A model generated the notes under the pieces. That model was not told the origin of the DNA and did no database searches. It saw only the letters and a list, made by a program, of their open reading frames with translations. From the NCBI GenBank assembly GCA_965603825.1, contig CBFDEM010000002.1:372001-436000 (forward strand): a stretch of 64,000 nucleotides of DNA, given 5' to 3'. The DNA is from Blepharisma stoltei ATCC 30299 (Eukaryota > Protista > Ciliophora). Position 1 is the stretch's first letter; each line of letters starts with the position of its first letter. Shown here piece by piece: positions 27,144 to 40,457 of the stretch. A program made the position numbers and the translations under genes.

Positions 27144-28995
27144 AATTGCTTTATTTAGATTGCAAATGTGAAAAATCTCTTTTGGAATTTGTTGGCGATT
27201 TATTTGCTCATAATCTTATAAGATTTCCATCCTAAAACTTCAGACTTTCAATTTCTCATTAAAAATCTGTGCTTCCTCTTTTCGAATATTTGAGCAGAGC
27301 ATTAATTGAGCAATAATCTATCTACCCATTATACTCAATGTACTCCATGTGAATTCATTAAGATTTATTAAAATAATCTATAGAAGTAGGAATTAGAATC
27401 CAGCCTTAGATATGTTTAATCGTTCTTGAGAGCTTAATATAATAAATTATTACTTCAAAGTAGCCGATAGAAAAGTATGTTTGTGACTTGATGAATATTG
27501 AAGCTCAGCTCCCTCATAGAGTAATCAGAAAAGCTATATCATTTATAATTCAAATTCATATACTAATATACAACTCTGTAACATATAGGAACACTTCTTT
27601 TTATAAATTCAATGAATTCCCTTTGCGACAGATTAGCTTTTTCCAAAACTAGTAGCACAAATTTCGAATGGAGCTTTGCTACTATAAATTTTATGTTTTT
27701 CAGAAAACGAATAAAATAATTTCAAAAGAGTCAAGTCAACTCTATGATAAATAGTTTTACCTCAAGACTTTGAATTATATGACTCAGGTTAAATTTTTAA
27801 AGCAGTAATTTTTAGGATCAACTTATCATCTGAACTATTTCTATTATAAATTAACATTTATAATAAATATAATTGTGCAATGATAATTTCAGGACTTTTT
27901 TTATTTCTTACGATAGCCAACTTCTTTATTTTGAAAAAATATTTTAAAAAAGTGAAAATTCGGCAAAGCTCCTATCAATTTTTAATCATGTTTTTAACGA
28001 ATTACTTTTCCTTACTATATTTTGCAACCATTGATGAATGACTGACTAGCTCTTTTAAAGCCTGTGGCATGGAAGAATTAATTCCAAGTATACTTATTTC
28101 AATTACAAGCTGATTTACTTCAGCAAACCCTTCTTTCAGCAGCCAAAGTTTTTCACATCCCTATTATATCCTCTTTATTGCATATAACTTTGGCTTTTCA
28201 CTCGCTGTCTATGCAACGAAAAAGCTTGGCAATCACAATTTGGCAATTTTATTATGACTTTCACTGTGCGTCATAAGCCTTCTTGCAGATTTATCTTGCA
28301 TTACTGACTCATTATTGATATCTAATTCTTTATTTTGGCTTATTTTTGCATTTTTAAAATACATTGTAGCTTCATTAGCCATCCAGTTCTTTCATTTTTA
28401 TAATTTTACAATTATGTATCAATGGCATGAATTTGGGAAAAATTTTGATGTAAAATCAAAAACTAGCAAAAATGCTGAAATAAACTTTCTTAAACTAATT
28501 GAAATTTTAATTGTCTTGCTATCTTTCTTTATTGCAACTAGCTGGACACTTGAAACTGTAGAAACTATGTGACCAAATATTTGGATTTTCAGAGAGGGCT
28601 ATTATTTTTTAGTATCAAGAAGTATAGCGAGGCTCCTCAAAGATTTTGACGGCAAAATATGAGACCGAAGAGAATGTTGGCTCTCATTTTGCAATCAAAT
28701 AGGTATATATACATACCTAAAGATTTTATGCTTGATTTATACTTTGAAGATTAATTAAATTAGTCTCTAAATATTAATTATTATTAAATCTTTTAATGTC
28801 TTCAGTCCAAAAGCCCCCAAAAATAGCTTCCATCTATAACTAGATGCTCGAAAAATTTATACCTAATTGAGCAAGGCTAACATAGCAATTAATGGAACTT
28901 TAAAGCAACGGGAAAAAATATATCTAATTGAATTGCTAACAATAACGAATTTGAACTGTATTAATATATTGAAATAATGAATTTTTTAAGATTTA
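27144..28995 (+). repeat. Segmental duplication A, copy 1
   Basis: Near-identical to 29401-31254 over about 1.85 kb, including non-coding DNA. Confidence 0.93.
27880..28758 (+). CDS. Multipass membrane protein, array member 1 (292 aa)
   Basis: Intact with TGA=Trp; hydrophobic N-terminus, FLTNYFSL and WIFREGLLF motifs. Confidence 0.78.
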
Positions 28996-29400
28996 GTCCC
29001 CTCTTCATAATTCTTGAAATTAAATTTTCAATACTTGAAAATAATTCTTAAATATTAAATAGTTAAAATTAATCAATATAATTAATAACTCTTTCATTAA
29101 ATTTATAAATAAAATTACATTATTCTTTCAAATATTCAGATTTTTAAATTTTTTATATGTAATTTTGCTATATTTTGCTGTTAAACAGGCGCTTATACCT
29201 ATATAAAGGTTTTAAGATGTGCGTATGCTTTATTTATTCTTCCATAATTTCTAATAGATAATAATCGTGCCATAAAATATAATCATACGAGAGCAAGCAG
29301 GATGATTATTACAATTTTTGTAGTTTATGTTGCGATTTTAACCAATCGCTTTTTCAATTTGCATATCATTGACACATCATAATAAAATGGCTACGCACAG
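28992..29400 (+). pseudogene. Duplicated upstream region and truncated 5' end of the member-4 type gene
   Basis: Similar to 32977-33390; reads MIITIFVVYVAILTNRFFNLHIIDTS-stop. Confidence 0.7.
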
Positions 29401-31254
29401 AATTGCGTTTATTTAGATTGCAAATGTGAGAAATCTCTTTTGGAGCTTGTTGGTATTTTATATGCTCATAATCTTATAAGATTTCCATCCTAAAACTTCA
29501 GACTTTCAATTTCTCATTAAAAATCTGTGCTTCCTCTTTTCAAATATTTGAGCAGAGCATTAATTGAGCAATAATCTATCTACCCATTATACTCAATATA
29601 CTCCATGTAAATTCATTAAGATTTATTAAAATAATCTATAGAAGTAGGAATTAGAATCCAGCCTTAGATCTGTTTAATGCTCTTGACAGGCTTAATATAA
29701 TAAATTATTACTTCAAAGTAGCCGATAGAAAAGTATGTTTGTGACTTGATGAATATTGAAGCTCAGCTCTCTCATAGAGTAATCAGAAAAGTTATTTTTT
29801 TTATAATTCAAATTCATACACTAATATACAACTCTGTAATATATAGGAAAACTTCTTTTTATAAATTCAATGAATTCCCTTTGCGACAGATTAGCTTTTT
29901 CCAAAACTAGTAGCACAAATTTCGAATGGAGCTTTGCTACTATAAATTTTATGTTTTTCAGAAAACGAATAAAATAATTTCAAAAGAGTCAAGTCAACTC
30001 TATGATAAATAGTTTTACCTCAAGACTTTGAATTATAATGACTCAGGTTAAATTTTTAAAGCAGTAATTTTTAAAATCAAATCATCATCTGAACTATTTC
30101 TATTATAAATTAACATTTATAATAAATATAATTGTGCAATGATAATTTCAGGACTTTTTTTGCTTCTTACGATAGCCAACTTCTTTATTTTGAAAACATA
30201 TTTTGAAAAAGTGAAAATTCGGCAAAGCTCCTATCAACTTTTAATCATGTTTTTAACAAATTACTTTTCCTTACTATATTTTGCAACCATTGATGAATGA
30301 CTGACTAGCTCTTTTAAAGCCTGTGGCATAGAAGAATTAATTCCAAGTATACTTATTTCAATTACAAGCTGATTTACTTCAGCAAACCCTTCTTTCAGCA
30401 GCCAACGCTTTTCACATCCCTATTATATCCTCTTTATTGCATACAACTTTTGCTCACCACTCGTTGCCTATGCAACGAAAAAACTTGGCAATCCCAATTT
30501 GGCAATTTTATTATGATTTTTACTATGCGTCATAAGCCTTCTTGCAGATTTATCATGCATTATTGACTCATTATTGATATATAATTTTTTATTTTTGCTT
30601 ATTTTTGCACTTTTAAAATACATTGTAGCTTCATTAGCCATCAAGTTCTTTCATATTTATAATTTTACAATTATGTATCAATGGCATGGATTTGGGAAAA
30701 ATTTTGATGCAAAATCAAAAACTAGCAAAAATGCTGAAATAAACTTTCTTAAACTAATTGAAATTTTAATTGTCTTGCTATCTTTCTTTATTGCAACTAG
30801 CTGGACACTTGAAACTGTAGAAACTATGTGACCAAATATTTGGATTTTCAGAGAGGGCTATTATTTTTTAGTATCAAGAAGTATAGCGAGGCTCCTCAAA
30901 GATTTTGACGGCAAAATATGAGACCGAAGAGAATGTTGGCTCTCATTTTGCAATCAAATAGGTGTATATACATACCTAAAGATTTTATGCTTGATTTATA
31001 CTTTGAAGATTAATTAAATTAGTCTCTAAATATTAATTATTATTAAATCTTTTAATATCTTCAGTGCAAAAGCCCCCAAAAATAGCTTCCATCTATAACT
31101 AGATGCTCGCAAAATTTATACCTTATTGAGCTAGGCTAACATAGCAATTAATGGAACTTTAAAGCAACGGGAAAAAATATATCTAATTGAATTGCTAACA
31201 ATAACGAATTTGAACTGCATTAATATATTGAAATAATGAATTTTTTAAGATTTA
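29401..31254 (+). repeat. Segmental duplication A, copy 2
   Basis: Near-identical to 27144-28995 (offset about 2258). Confidence 0.93.
30139..31017 (+). CDS. Multipass membrane protein, array member 2 (recent duplicate of member 1)
   Basis: Same length and frame integrity as member 1. Confidence 0.78.
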
Positions 31255-31338
31255 CTCTATTGGTTTAAAATCAAGCTATTTTATTCAAAATAACTAACAT
31301 AAAATTCAATATATGCATTTACTAATAAATAAAGATCC

Positions 31339-32352
31339 ATGATAATTATTGCTCTAATCGTAGTTCTGCTTATTTTTATAGACAGATATTTACTTCGAAA
31401 ATACGTAACAGGACAACCTATAAACTCTACTTGAGTTTTCGCTATCTTATTCCCTATTAATTATTTGCCTATATCAACTTCCAAGATTCTTGATGACTAC
31501 TTGTCAGAAATGATAATTGCACTTCTTGAGTTCTTAAGTGATATTTTTTTCCCAGAAGAATGAAGCAAAGGTTTGAAAAGCATAAACTACTGGCTAGTTT
31601 TTGGATTATTGGTTTTATTCTCTTTTTTAGCTCTACAGCTGCACACCATTTGATTCAATAAAGGAAGCACATATATAACTCAATCTGCCTCACGAGGAAT
31701 TTGCTGCAATTTAATTTGTTTACTACTCAATGATTATATTGGATATATTTATAAATTTTATTTGCTTCTACTTTTATTATGCCAAATTATCCAGCATTTC
31801 TTTAGGTTTAGAGATCCAATTCATTATTTGCAAACTTCATCTTTTTATCTACTTATAACAGCAGTTTATTCAACCATATGCCTGCTATCATTTTTTGAAA
31901 GGGACTTTCAAATTTCCAGTTTTATGATTTATATACTATTTTTAGCTATAAGATTAGGAGCGATGTTTTTCACTTTAATTTATTTTTTGTGCTTTTTTAT
32001 AACAAATATTGAACACCTTGTAGATTATTATAAGTGATTTGAAAATTATCGTTCTATTGGAATATGCTCAATAGAAGAAATTTTAATGAAGTTATTACCT
32101 CCATATGGCTATGTATTAATTTTTATTGCTGCTTTCTATCTTGCATTAGAATTTTTTAATTCCAGTTATCAGCAAATTTGGCTATTTTACGAATGCTTGT
32201 TTTTAGTGGGAGTTGGCCATTTTTCAGTTATTATAAATTTGCCATATCCCAATGATGAAGTTGATAGAGTATTTTTTTCAGACTTAGCAGGATGCTATAT
32301 CCAATTTTTAGCAATAAGATATTTATTAAACTATTTTCAATATCCATTTTAA
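31339..32352 (+). CDS. Multipass membrane protein, array member 3 (337 aa)
   Basis: Track ORFs 31762 and 32086 are in frame with ATG 31339; FPINYLP and SDLAGCYIQFLAIR motifs. Confidence 0.78.
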
Positions 32353-32529
32353 TCTGGATTTATAATTTAAAGCAATCCTTGCAAGCTACTTTAAGATTAT
32401 TATTATTATTATTATCTGAGTTTTTTTATTTTAAATCTAATTTATGAGTAAATTAACAGCATGCAATTTGCTTAAAAGATATCGTCTATTAATAGGTATT
32501 GTCTAAAGTGAAGGGAAAAAAAATTATGA

Positions 32530-32920
32530 AGAGCCTATTGCTGTCGTGCTATCTATCTTAAGATTATCTTGCTTTTTATTGAAGAAAATGATAGAGAAAT
32601 ACATTCTTAAATCACTTATCAAGGTTCCTTATATTTATTACTCATTAATTATCAAAATCTTTAAATTACCTAAAGATAAATCTTTTAAAATGGCATTCCT
32701 GAAGTTTGGTAGATTATTGGAAGCTCTTTAAATAGGATTTCTTATACCTGTGATACTAAAATGGATAATTAACTGAGTTGAATACTTTAAATTGCAGAAA
32801 CATGACCAAGAATTGGGATGCTGAGAGAAGGCTATTATTTTTTACTATTAAATTCCTTAGTAAACATTTAAGAAATATTGACTGCAATATGGATGATTCC
32901 TCTTTAATCTATTATTAAAT
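32530..32920 (+). pseudogene. Decayed remnant of a member-1 type gene
   Basis: tgaccaagaattgggatgctgagagaaggctattattt resembles member 1 tgaccaaatatttggattttcagagagggctattattt; contains stops and frameshifts. Confidence 0.5.
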
Positions 32921-33297
32921 TTTACATAAATTGTATTCGTAAACATAAATTTATAATTTAAATTGTTAAAAAGACTTAGTCCCTCTTCATAATTCTTGAA
33001 ATTAAATCTTTAATAATTTAAAATAATTCTTAAATAATAAATAGTTCAAATTAATCAATATAATTGCTAAATATTCAATAATTCTTTCATTAAATTTATA
33101 AATTAAATTAGGTTCATCTTTTCAAATATTTGGATTTTTAAATCCGAAAGAATTTGCTATGTAATTTTGATATACTTTGCAGTAAACATGCGCTTATACC
33201 TATATAAAGGTTTTAAGACGTGCGTATGCTTTATTTATTTTTCCATAATTTCTAATAGATATAATCGTGACATAAAATATAATCATACGAGACAAAG

Positions 33298-34251
33298 ATG
33301 ATTATTACAGTTCTGATAATTTGTGTTACGATTTCAACCCATTACTTTTTGAATTTGAATATCATTGACCCTACCAAATATAGAAAGACTAAAATGATTC
33401 TCACTTTATGATATTTCGCATCTTATTTTAGGGCTTCTTATGCCCAAAAGCTGAATCAAATAATATTAGATATCAGAGACAATTTTATTGATAATTTAGA
33501 TAAAGCAGTATTTACTTTTAGCTGCTTTGATGATTACTTTTTATGTGACTTTCAACACTATTACTTATCTAATTGCTTTTGCTTTACACTATTTTGAATT
33601 AACTATTTTTATAATCCACGCCAATATCCAAATCTCTCATTTTCATTAGGAATGATTAATATATTTATATCAATTTATGCAAGAAATTCTTTATCATTTT
33701 ATCAATCAGCCTTTGTTTTTCTTAGCGTTTCTTTCTTCTCATTCTGCACAATCTGGAGAAGTTCAGTTTCGGGACAATCTTTTATTTATATTTGCATATT
33801 TCTCTTAGATATTATGGCAGAAGCTATTGCTTTTAGTTCTAATGAGTTGAATAGAGTAAAATTACTTATCAATACTATTAGCTTTATTATGGATCTTTGG
33901 GGAATTTCTGTGATATTAATTTTCGTTTTAATTTGCTTTTGTATGCACTTGGATAGCTTTGATGAATATATTAGACTTTTAGATAAGAAAAAAGACAATG
34001 AGTTTTATTTTAAGGTAGCTGAAGTATATACTTTTCTACTTGCTTTAAATTTAGAAGCTATTTTGGTTGCAAATTTATGATCTAACTCCTGACTAATAAA
34101 AAATTTAGTGTTAATTTTTATTTCAGCTAGTCTAGGCTCTTTACTTGTTTTTCCAGACGATGATAATAGAAAATTTATGATATTTGCCTCAAATGTTATT
34201 GCGACATATTTTCAAGTATATTCTATCAAGACTTTATGGAATTTAATATAA
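33298..34251 (+). CDS. Multipass membrane protein, array member 4 (317 aa)
   Basis: Open with TGA=Trp; C-terminal LGSLLVFPDD...SNVIATYFQVYSIK motif. Confidence 0.75.
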
Positions 34252-34336
34252 TTTACGAACACATTGCTGTGATAATAAGGCATAAAGTATATTAACTATG
34301 GCTTTAATATAATAAATAATTTCTGTTTTGGAAATC

Positions 34337-35340
34337 ATGATATTTATTATCCTTATTGCCTTTTTACTCTTTTGCTTTAACTTTCACTTTATTGAAAGAT
34401 ATTTTGACCAAAAACCTTCAAAGTGTACTTGAATGCTTGCAACTCTATTTCCTATTAACTATTTTCCTATATCTATTTCAAAGATAATAGATAACTACCT
34501 TTCAGAAATTATTATAGCTGCTCTTGAGTCAAAAATTGAAATATTTTTTCCACAAGAATGAATAATAACTCTGAAGAGCTTAAATTATTGGCTAATTTTT
34601 GGATTATTGTGCTTATGCATTGCAACTTACAAGCATTTTCGAACTATATGAAGCACAGATGGCATTTATCATACATATAGATCTGCTCTAATAGGAATAT
34701 GCTGTAATTTTGTTTGCCTTGCCTTTGCAGACTATATTAAAGATGATTGCTATTTCTTTATTGCCTTTCTATCACTATACCTTGTAAGCCAGCATTTCTA
34801 TAGCTTTCGAAATCTTATTTACCAATATAAGATTTCATCTTCTCTATACCTATTAGTAGCTATTACAAATTTAATTGTGGTTGTGTTATTGCTTTTTGGG
34901 CTAAAATTTCACATATCAGAGCTTATGATTGATTTATTTTTTTTTCTTTTCAAATTATTAATGCTGGTGGTAACTGTAGTTTATTTTATAATGTTTTTTA
35001 TATCTAACATTGATCACATTTTTGATTGCTCTTTATGATTTCAAAGTTATAAAATAACAACTAAATTTGATATTGGAGAAGTTTTGGCAAAAATATCAGT
35101 ACCATATGGATATATAGCCATCTACACTATTGCATTCTTCTCTATTTTAGATTTTTTTAACTCATGCTATTTGAAATATTGACTGTTTAATGAAGTTTTA
35201 TATTTTATAGCTATATTTCAGTTCTTTTGAATGCACCAGAAACTAAAGATAGAGGAGATAGAGTATTTTTCTCAGATTTAGCAGGCTGCTATACTCAATT
35301 TATAATATGCAGAGCGATAATAATTTCGATTTCTATATAG
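34337..35340 (+). pseudogene. Array member 5 (paralog of member 3) with a frameshift near 35210
   Basis: Open to about 35210; the conserved DRVFFSDLAGCYTQF end lies in a shifted frame, consistent with a ~7-nt deletion relative to paralogs. Confidence 0.68.
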
Positions 35341-35588
35341 CAGCTTAAAGTCTATTAATTATTCATGTTTTTAATACGATAGATATGTATTTTTAAAAAA
35401 AAATCGTATTTATTATTCTTTATCAGATTTTAATAATTTTCTTCACTCATTATATTAGAAATATTGGTATCATATTATATTCATTTTTAACGCCAAAAAT
35501 GTTCTTTTGTCTAAAAATAATTATTAAAAATTTTTGAGTAAAAATTTTGGAGAAATCTCACCCTCATAATACCCAAATTTATTAAATT

Positions 35589-35890
35589 GTGCTATTTAAT
35601 CATAATTCATATTCAATTAAGTATAAAATTGATGAAACAAATACAAGATTTCTACTGCCGTATGGATATCCCTTAGTTTGCATTGTTGCTTCTTACTCAA
35701 ATTTAGATTTATTTAATAAAAGATATCAATACAATATACTATTTAATGAAATTTTATATTTAATAGAAGTTGGCTATATTTCTGAACTTTTAAACTATCA
35801 AGAAACAAAAAGGGCATAAAATATTTTTTTCTAATCCACAGAATGTTATATTCAGTTTGGGTAATAAGATACTTAATTATCTAGACTAAG
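35589..35890 (+). pseudogene. 3' remnant of a member-3/5 type gene
   Basis: LLPYGYPL and LFNEILYLIEVGYIS match members 3 and 5; no 5' half. Confidence 0.6.
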
Positions 35891-36052
35891 TAGCTAATAT
35901 ATAAATATATATATATTTATTGACCTCAGAATTACCATTACTCTTAAAATAAAAAAAATTGTCAGAAAACGCATAATAAATGACATCTTTAATGGTTCCT
36001 GTTTAATTCACAAACAGATATGCAAGTAAAATTACTAGTGATGTAAAAAAAT

Positions 36053-36943
36053 ATGAGTAAGCTTCTAATTCTGATAATCATTTCCGTGGCAACACTTGCG
36101 ATTCTACCCGGAATGACATCTCCATATAATCGTGTGGCACAGCCTCAATTGAAAGAAAATGGTAATGGATGTTGGAATGAAAATAGGTTGGGTGTGAGAG
36201 ATGAATTATATAACAGAAAATATTATAGAAACTGAATTGATGAGAATTGCGAATATGATGAAGAAGATAAGTGTGATAAATATGATGAAAGTGATGAGTA
36301 TGACGAAAGAAGTGAGTGCGATGAAAGAAATGAATGCGGAGATGAGATAAACGAATGTGGAGATGAGAAATACGAATGTGATGATAAGAGAAATGAATGC
36401 AGAGATGAGAGAAACGAATGCGGAGATGAGAGAAACGAATGTGATGATAAAAGAAACGAATGTGATGATAAAAGAAACGAATGCGGAGATGAAATAAACA
36501 AATGCGGAGATGAGAGAAACGAATGCGGAGATGAGAGAAACGAATATGATGATAAGCGAAACGAATGTGATGATAAAAGAAACGAATATGATGATAAGAG
36601 AAACGAATGCGGAGACGATTGAAGCGAATGTGGAGATGAGAAAAACGAATATGATGATAAGAGAAACGAATGCGGATATGAGAGAAACGAATGTGATGAT
36701 AAGAGAAACGAATGCGGAGATGAGAGAAGTGAGTGTGGAGATGAGAGAAACGAATATGATGATAAGAGAAACGGATATGATGATAAGAGAAATGAATGTG
36801 GAGATGAGAGAAACGAATATGATGATAAGAGAAACGGATGCGGAGATGGGAGAAACGAATATGATGATAAGAGAAACGAATGCGGAGATGAGAGAAGCGA
36901 TGAGCATACAATCATTTTCAAATCCATAAAATCTAATAAATAA
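36053..36943 (+). CDS. Secreted Cys/Asp/Glu/Arg-rich heptad-repeat protein (296 aa)
   Basis: Signal peptide MSKLLILIIISVATLA; reads through TGA 36233-36235 into roughly 28 repeats of NE(C/Y)(G/D)D(E/K)R; TAA at 36941-36943. Confidence 0.8.
36300..36900 (+). repeat. Coding 21-nt minisatellite (gaaacgaatgcggagatgaga / gaaacgaatatgatgataaga)
   Basis: Directly visible tandem 21-mers in two main variants. Confidence 0.93.
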
Positions 36944-37564
36944 ACATATTTTCAAGTTGAACTCATTATTATAATATTAATTTAATACTTTCTTTAAAAA
37001 TTTATCTAGCTTTTAATAAGATTTTTTATTAATATTAAATATTAATGCTTGTGATTAATGAGCCAAGTATGAATTTAAGTGATAATTTTATTTTGGCTCG
37101 GTGTGCGTTTGCAATTTGTCTTTCAGGGAATTTAAAGAATTCAATTATATAAGAACTAAAAAATCTAAAGTCAGTAAATGTTTAAAAAATTGACAAAGAA
37201 TAACCAAAATCATAATTTTAGCAATTTCATGGAAATTTTTTAAAAAAATCCAAGCTCTTGAGTTCGATTTATAGACAAGTTTAATAATAAATGCTGCAAG
37301 CATGTGTATCTATTCAAATCTTCTAATTACCTTTTATTAATTTTTAAAAATTTATAGTTTTTAATGGAAAAAAATTAGAAGATAATAAAAACCAAATAAT
37401 AAATTATCGAGGAGGCCACATCAAAAGTTCAAACCAGAAGTAGTAAAGATTATTAAAAAACAAATTTTGCATATACTAATGCTAATTTAATAAAAATAAG
37501 CTTGCATAAGTCCCGTTTCTTGCCCTCAACTTGAACTGACAGCCCTGAGTAACGTTATATATAA

Positions 37565-37594
37565 TTTAAGATTAAGTTTAAGATTAAGATTAAG
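37565..37594. repeat. Short (WTTAAG)5 microsatellite
   Basis: tttaag attaag tttaag attaag attaag. Confidence 0.7.
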
Positions 37595-38017
37595 CTTTGG
37601 CTCATTTCCGTAACTACATTTATTAAATATTTAGTTGATAACTTATAATATTTAAGTTTTTTATAAACTTCTAAATTTGTTCCATTAAAATTTTTAAAGA
37701 TTTTCATATTAGAATTAGAATCTTATCTTATCAAGTTTATTATGATTTGATTCTTTTTTGGCATTTTCTGACTTTAGTTTTTGAAGTTCTTCTGTTGAAT
37801 TCTTAAATTACCTTTAAGACAAATTGCAAACTCAAACCAGCTGATAATTTTTGTAGAATAGCATTGAAGAGTAATTTAATTTAAATGAATCATCCATAGT
37901 TATCTCTACCATTATTACCGATTTATGCATATTTTGAAATTTAATTAACTTTATTTGAATGAATTTTAATTAAGGTAATTAATAATCATTATAACTCACT
38001 TTATTTCCTGTAAAAAT

Positions 38018-40216
38018 ATGTCACATAATTATAACTCGTCCAGCAGGAAAAGACTTCTGCAAAATCAATTTGAATGAACAGAAGGATACTTCATTGAAAG
38101 TTTAATTTCATATTTACAAGAAGGTTGCTCGATAGACAAAACTGAATTAAATTCTGCTTATCAAAAAATTTTGGAATCAGCCAACAATCCAAGAGATGTG
38201 CATAAACTCTATAATTCCTACATAAATTCTATTCAAAATTACACAGTTACATGCTTAAAATCTGAACTTTTGGATTTATCTGGAGAAGCTCTTTTATCAT
38301 CTCTTACCAAGAGACTAAATTTTCATGATAAGCTTACCGACTTAACCAGAAAAATTTTTAACCACCCTCAGGAGTATGACAATGAAAAATGACTTTTCAG
38401 CTTCTGTCAGAAAGCACTAAATTTTCTGCCATATAAACTCGGAAAAGCTCTTATTCAGCATTTAAAATATGAAAGAGAAGGTTCAGTTATTGACCAAAAT
38501 ATTACGAAGCAATATTTTGATTTTTTATGAAAATTACTTATTGGAATGGGTGATGATGTAAATGGAAAATTTTGATGAAAAGAAAAGCAAGCTTTAAAAT
38601 ATTACGAATTTTGTTTCGAAAATGATTTTTTAAAAGAATCTCAACAGTTCTATGCGTCAAAAATAATTGAACTGATTAAAAATTTGCCATATTATGATTA
38701 TTTGATAGCTATTGGAGAGTTTCTTAACGAAGAGGTAGAAAGGGCTGATAATTATTTAAAGCCTACCACAAAAAATAAACTTTTGAGTAGTTTTTTTAGA
38801 GAATTTCAGTTTTGAAATCCTCAGCAGCTTTCTGATATGGAAAAAAACTTATATGAAGATATGCTTAATGTCTCAAAAATTGAATCTTTTAAAGCAATAT
38901 TCAATATTTTAAAGTATTCAGAACCTGATATTAGAAATCTGACAAAAATGCTTTACGACTATATAGAAAACAAAGGAAATTTAATTTTAAATAATGAGCA
39001 GCTTAAGCTTGACTGGATTGAGTACATAAAAGCTTCAATTTTATTTAAATGTGAAATTGATTTATTAATTAAAGCTACGTTTGACTGTTTTCTGCCATAC
39101 AAGAAATGATGGGATAGCTTTTTCAGAAAGTTTATTAATGGAGTCTCGAATTCTGCAGCTTATTGTGCATGCTACTGTGACTGGCAAATGAGGATTGGTC
39201 TTAGACCCACTTCTGAAGTTGAAACTGATCAAATTTTGGACACTATAGTAAATATAATTTCTTTTTTGGATGACTGTGATGTTTTCATACACCATTATAC
39301 ATGATATTTGTCTAAAAGATTGTTAGAGGAGACAAGCTCAAGCGAATATGCCGAAAAATCGATGATTTATAAATTCAAGGAGAGATTTGGAGAAAAGTAT
39401 GCCAATAAAATGCTGATAATGTATAATGATATTTCTATATCTGAAAAACTTATGGAGGATTTTAAAGAGTCAGGAAGAGGTAGCATGAGAGGGATTGAAA
39501 TGGAAGTTAAGATTTTAAAAAATGGATGCTGGCCGGAAAATCCTCCTGAATTCTGCTCAATTCCTAGAGAATTAATATCTTGCACTGAATTATTCGAAAG
39601 TTTTTATCTAGAAAAATATCATAAGCGAAAACTCACTTGGACAATGGCATCAGGGACTATAGATTTGTCAACAATTTTTACACCGAATAATTATATTTGC
39701 ATTGTAAATCCTTATCAAGCTAGCTTATTATTAATGTTTAACCATAAAAATTCCTTCACAGTTAAAGAAATCATTGAAAATTCCAAGCTACGAGAGTCAA
39801 CTTTAAAAGCCAATTTAATAAAATTTTTTAATCCAAAATGCCAACTTTTAAAGAAAGAAAGCAAAGGGAAAAAACTGAATAACGATGAGAAAATAGAAAT
39901 TAACGAGGATTTTCAGTCAAAAAATATGAAAATAAACTATCTTCCAAAGATGATTTCTAGGAGTGAATCAATTCAAAAGAAAGAAGAAACTGCGATTTTA
40001 AATGAAAGAAGAAACATTATTGATTCAATTTTAATTAAAATAGCAAAAAAATCGAAAATAATAAAGCATCAAGATATGATAGAAGAAGTGCTACAAGAAA
40101 TGCAAAATTTTAAGCCAAGAGTGCCAATGATAAATGATCAAATAGAAAGTCTAATCAACAGAGAGTTCTTAATGAGAAGTGAAAATGATAATACAGTTTA
40201 TCATTACATTCCTTAA
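38018..40216 (+). CDS. Divergent cullin (~732 aa)
   Basis: Single frame with TGA=Trp; YLSKRLL, KMLIMYNDI, FESFYLEKYHKRKLTW, neddylation region DSILIKIAKKSK, IESLINREFLMR and VYHYIP. Confidence 0.9.
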
Positions 40217-40457
40217 TTAATCTTATTTGAGATAATTAAGTGTCAAAAATTTTCAGAGAATAATATAATGGCAATAAGATAAAATTTAAGAAATTTAATT
40301 AATCTTAAAGTGCAGATTTCAAATATTTGTCATATAATCTATTTATTGCCAATACAAAATATTAATAATATAATATTCAAAGTTTTCATTTATGTTTTTT
40401 AAATTAGCCATTAGTATATCAAACTCTTTCTTTAATCATGCAAAAAGCTATAAAAAT

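Noticed and set aside
36300-36900. Possible CRISPR-like array
   Set aside because: Contiguous tandem repeats with no unique spacers, a eukaryotic context and no cas genes.
36078-36955. Three long minus-strand ORFs and the +36510 ORF (HLRIRFS, SLISAFV, SSPHSFL and MRETNAE repeats)
   Set aside because: By-products of a 21-nt repeat lacking stops; only the frame from 36053 has a signal peptide and a good start.
37565-37594. (WTTAAG)5 as the minus-strand tail of the same LINE family
   Set aside because: The adjacent sequence shows no visible similarity to the LINE 3' UTR.
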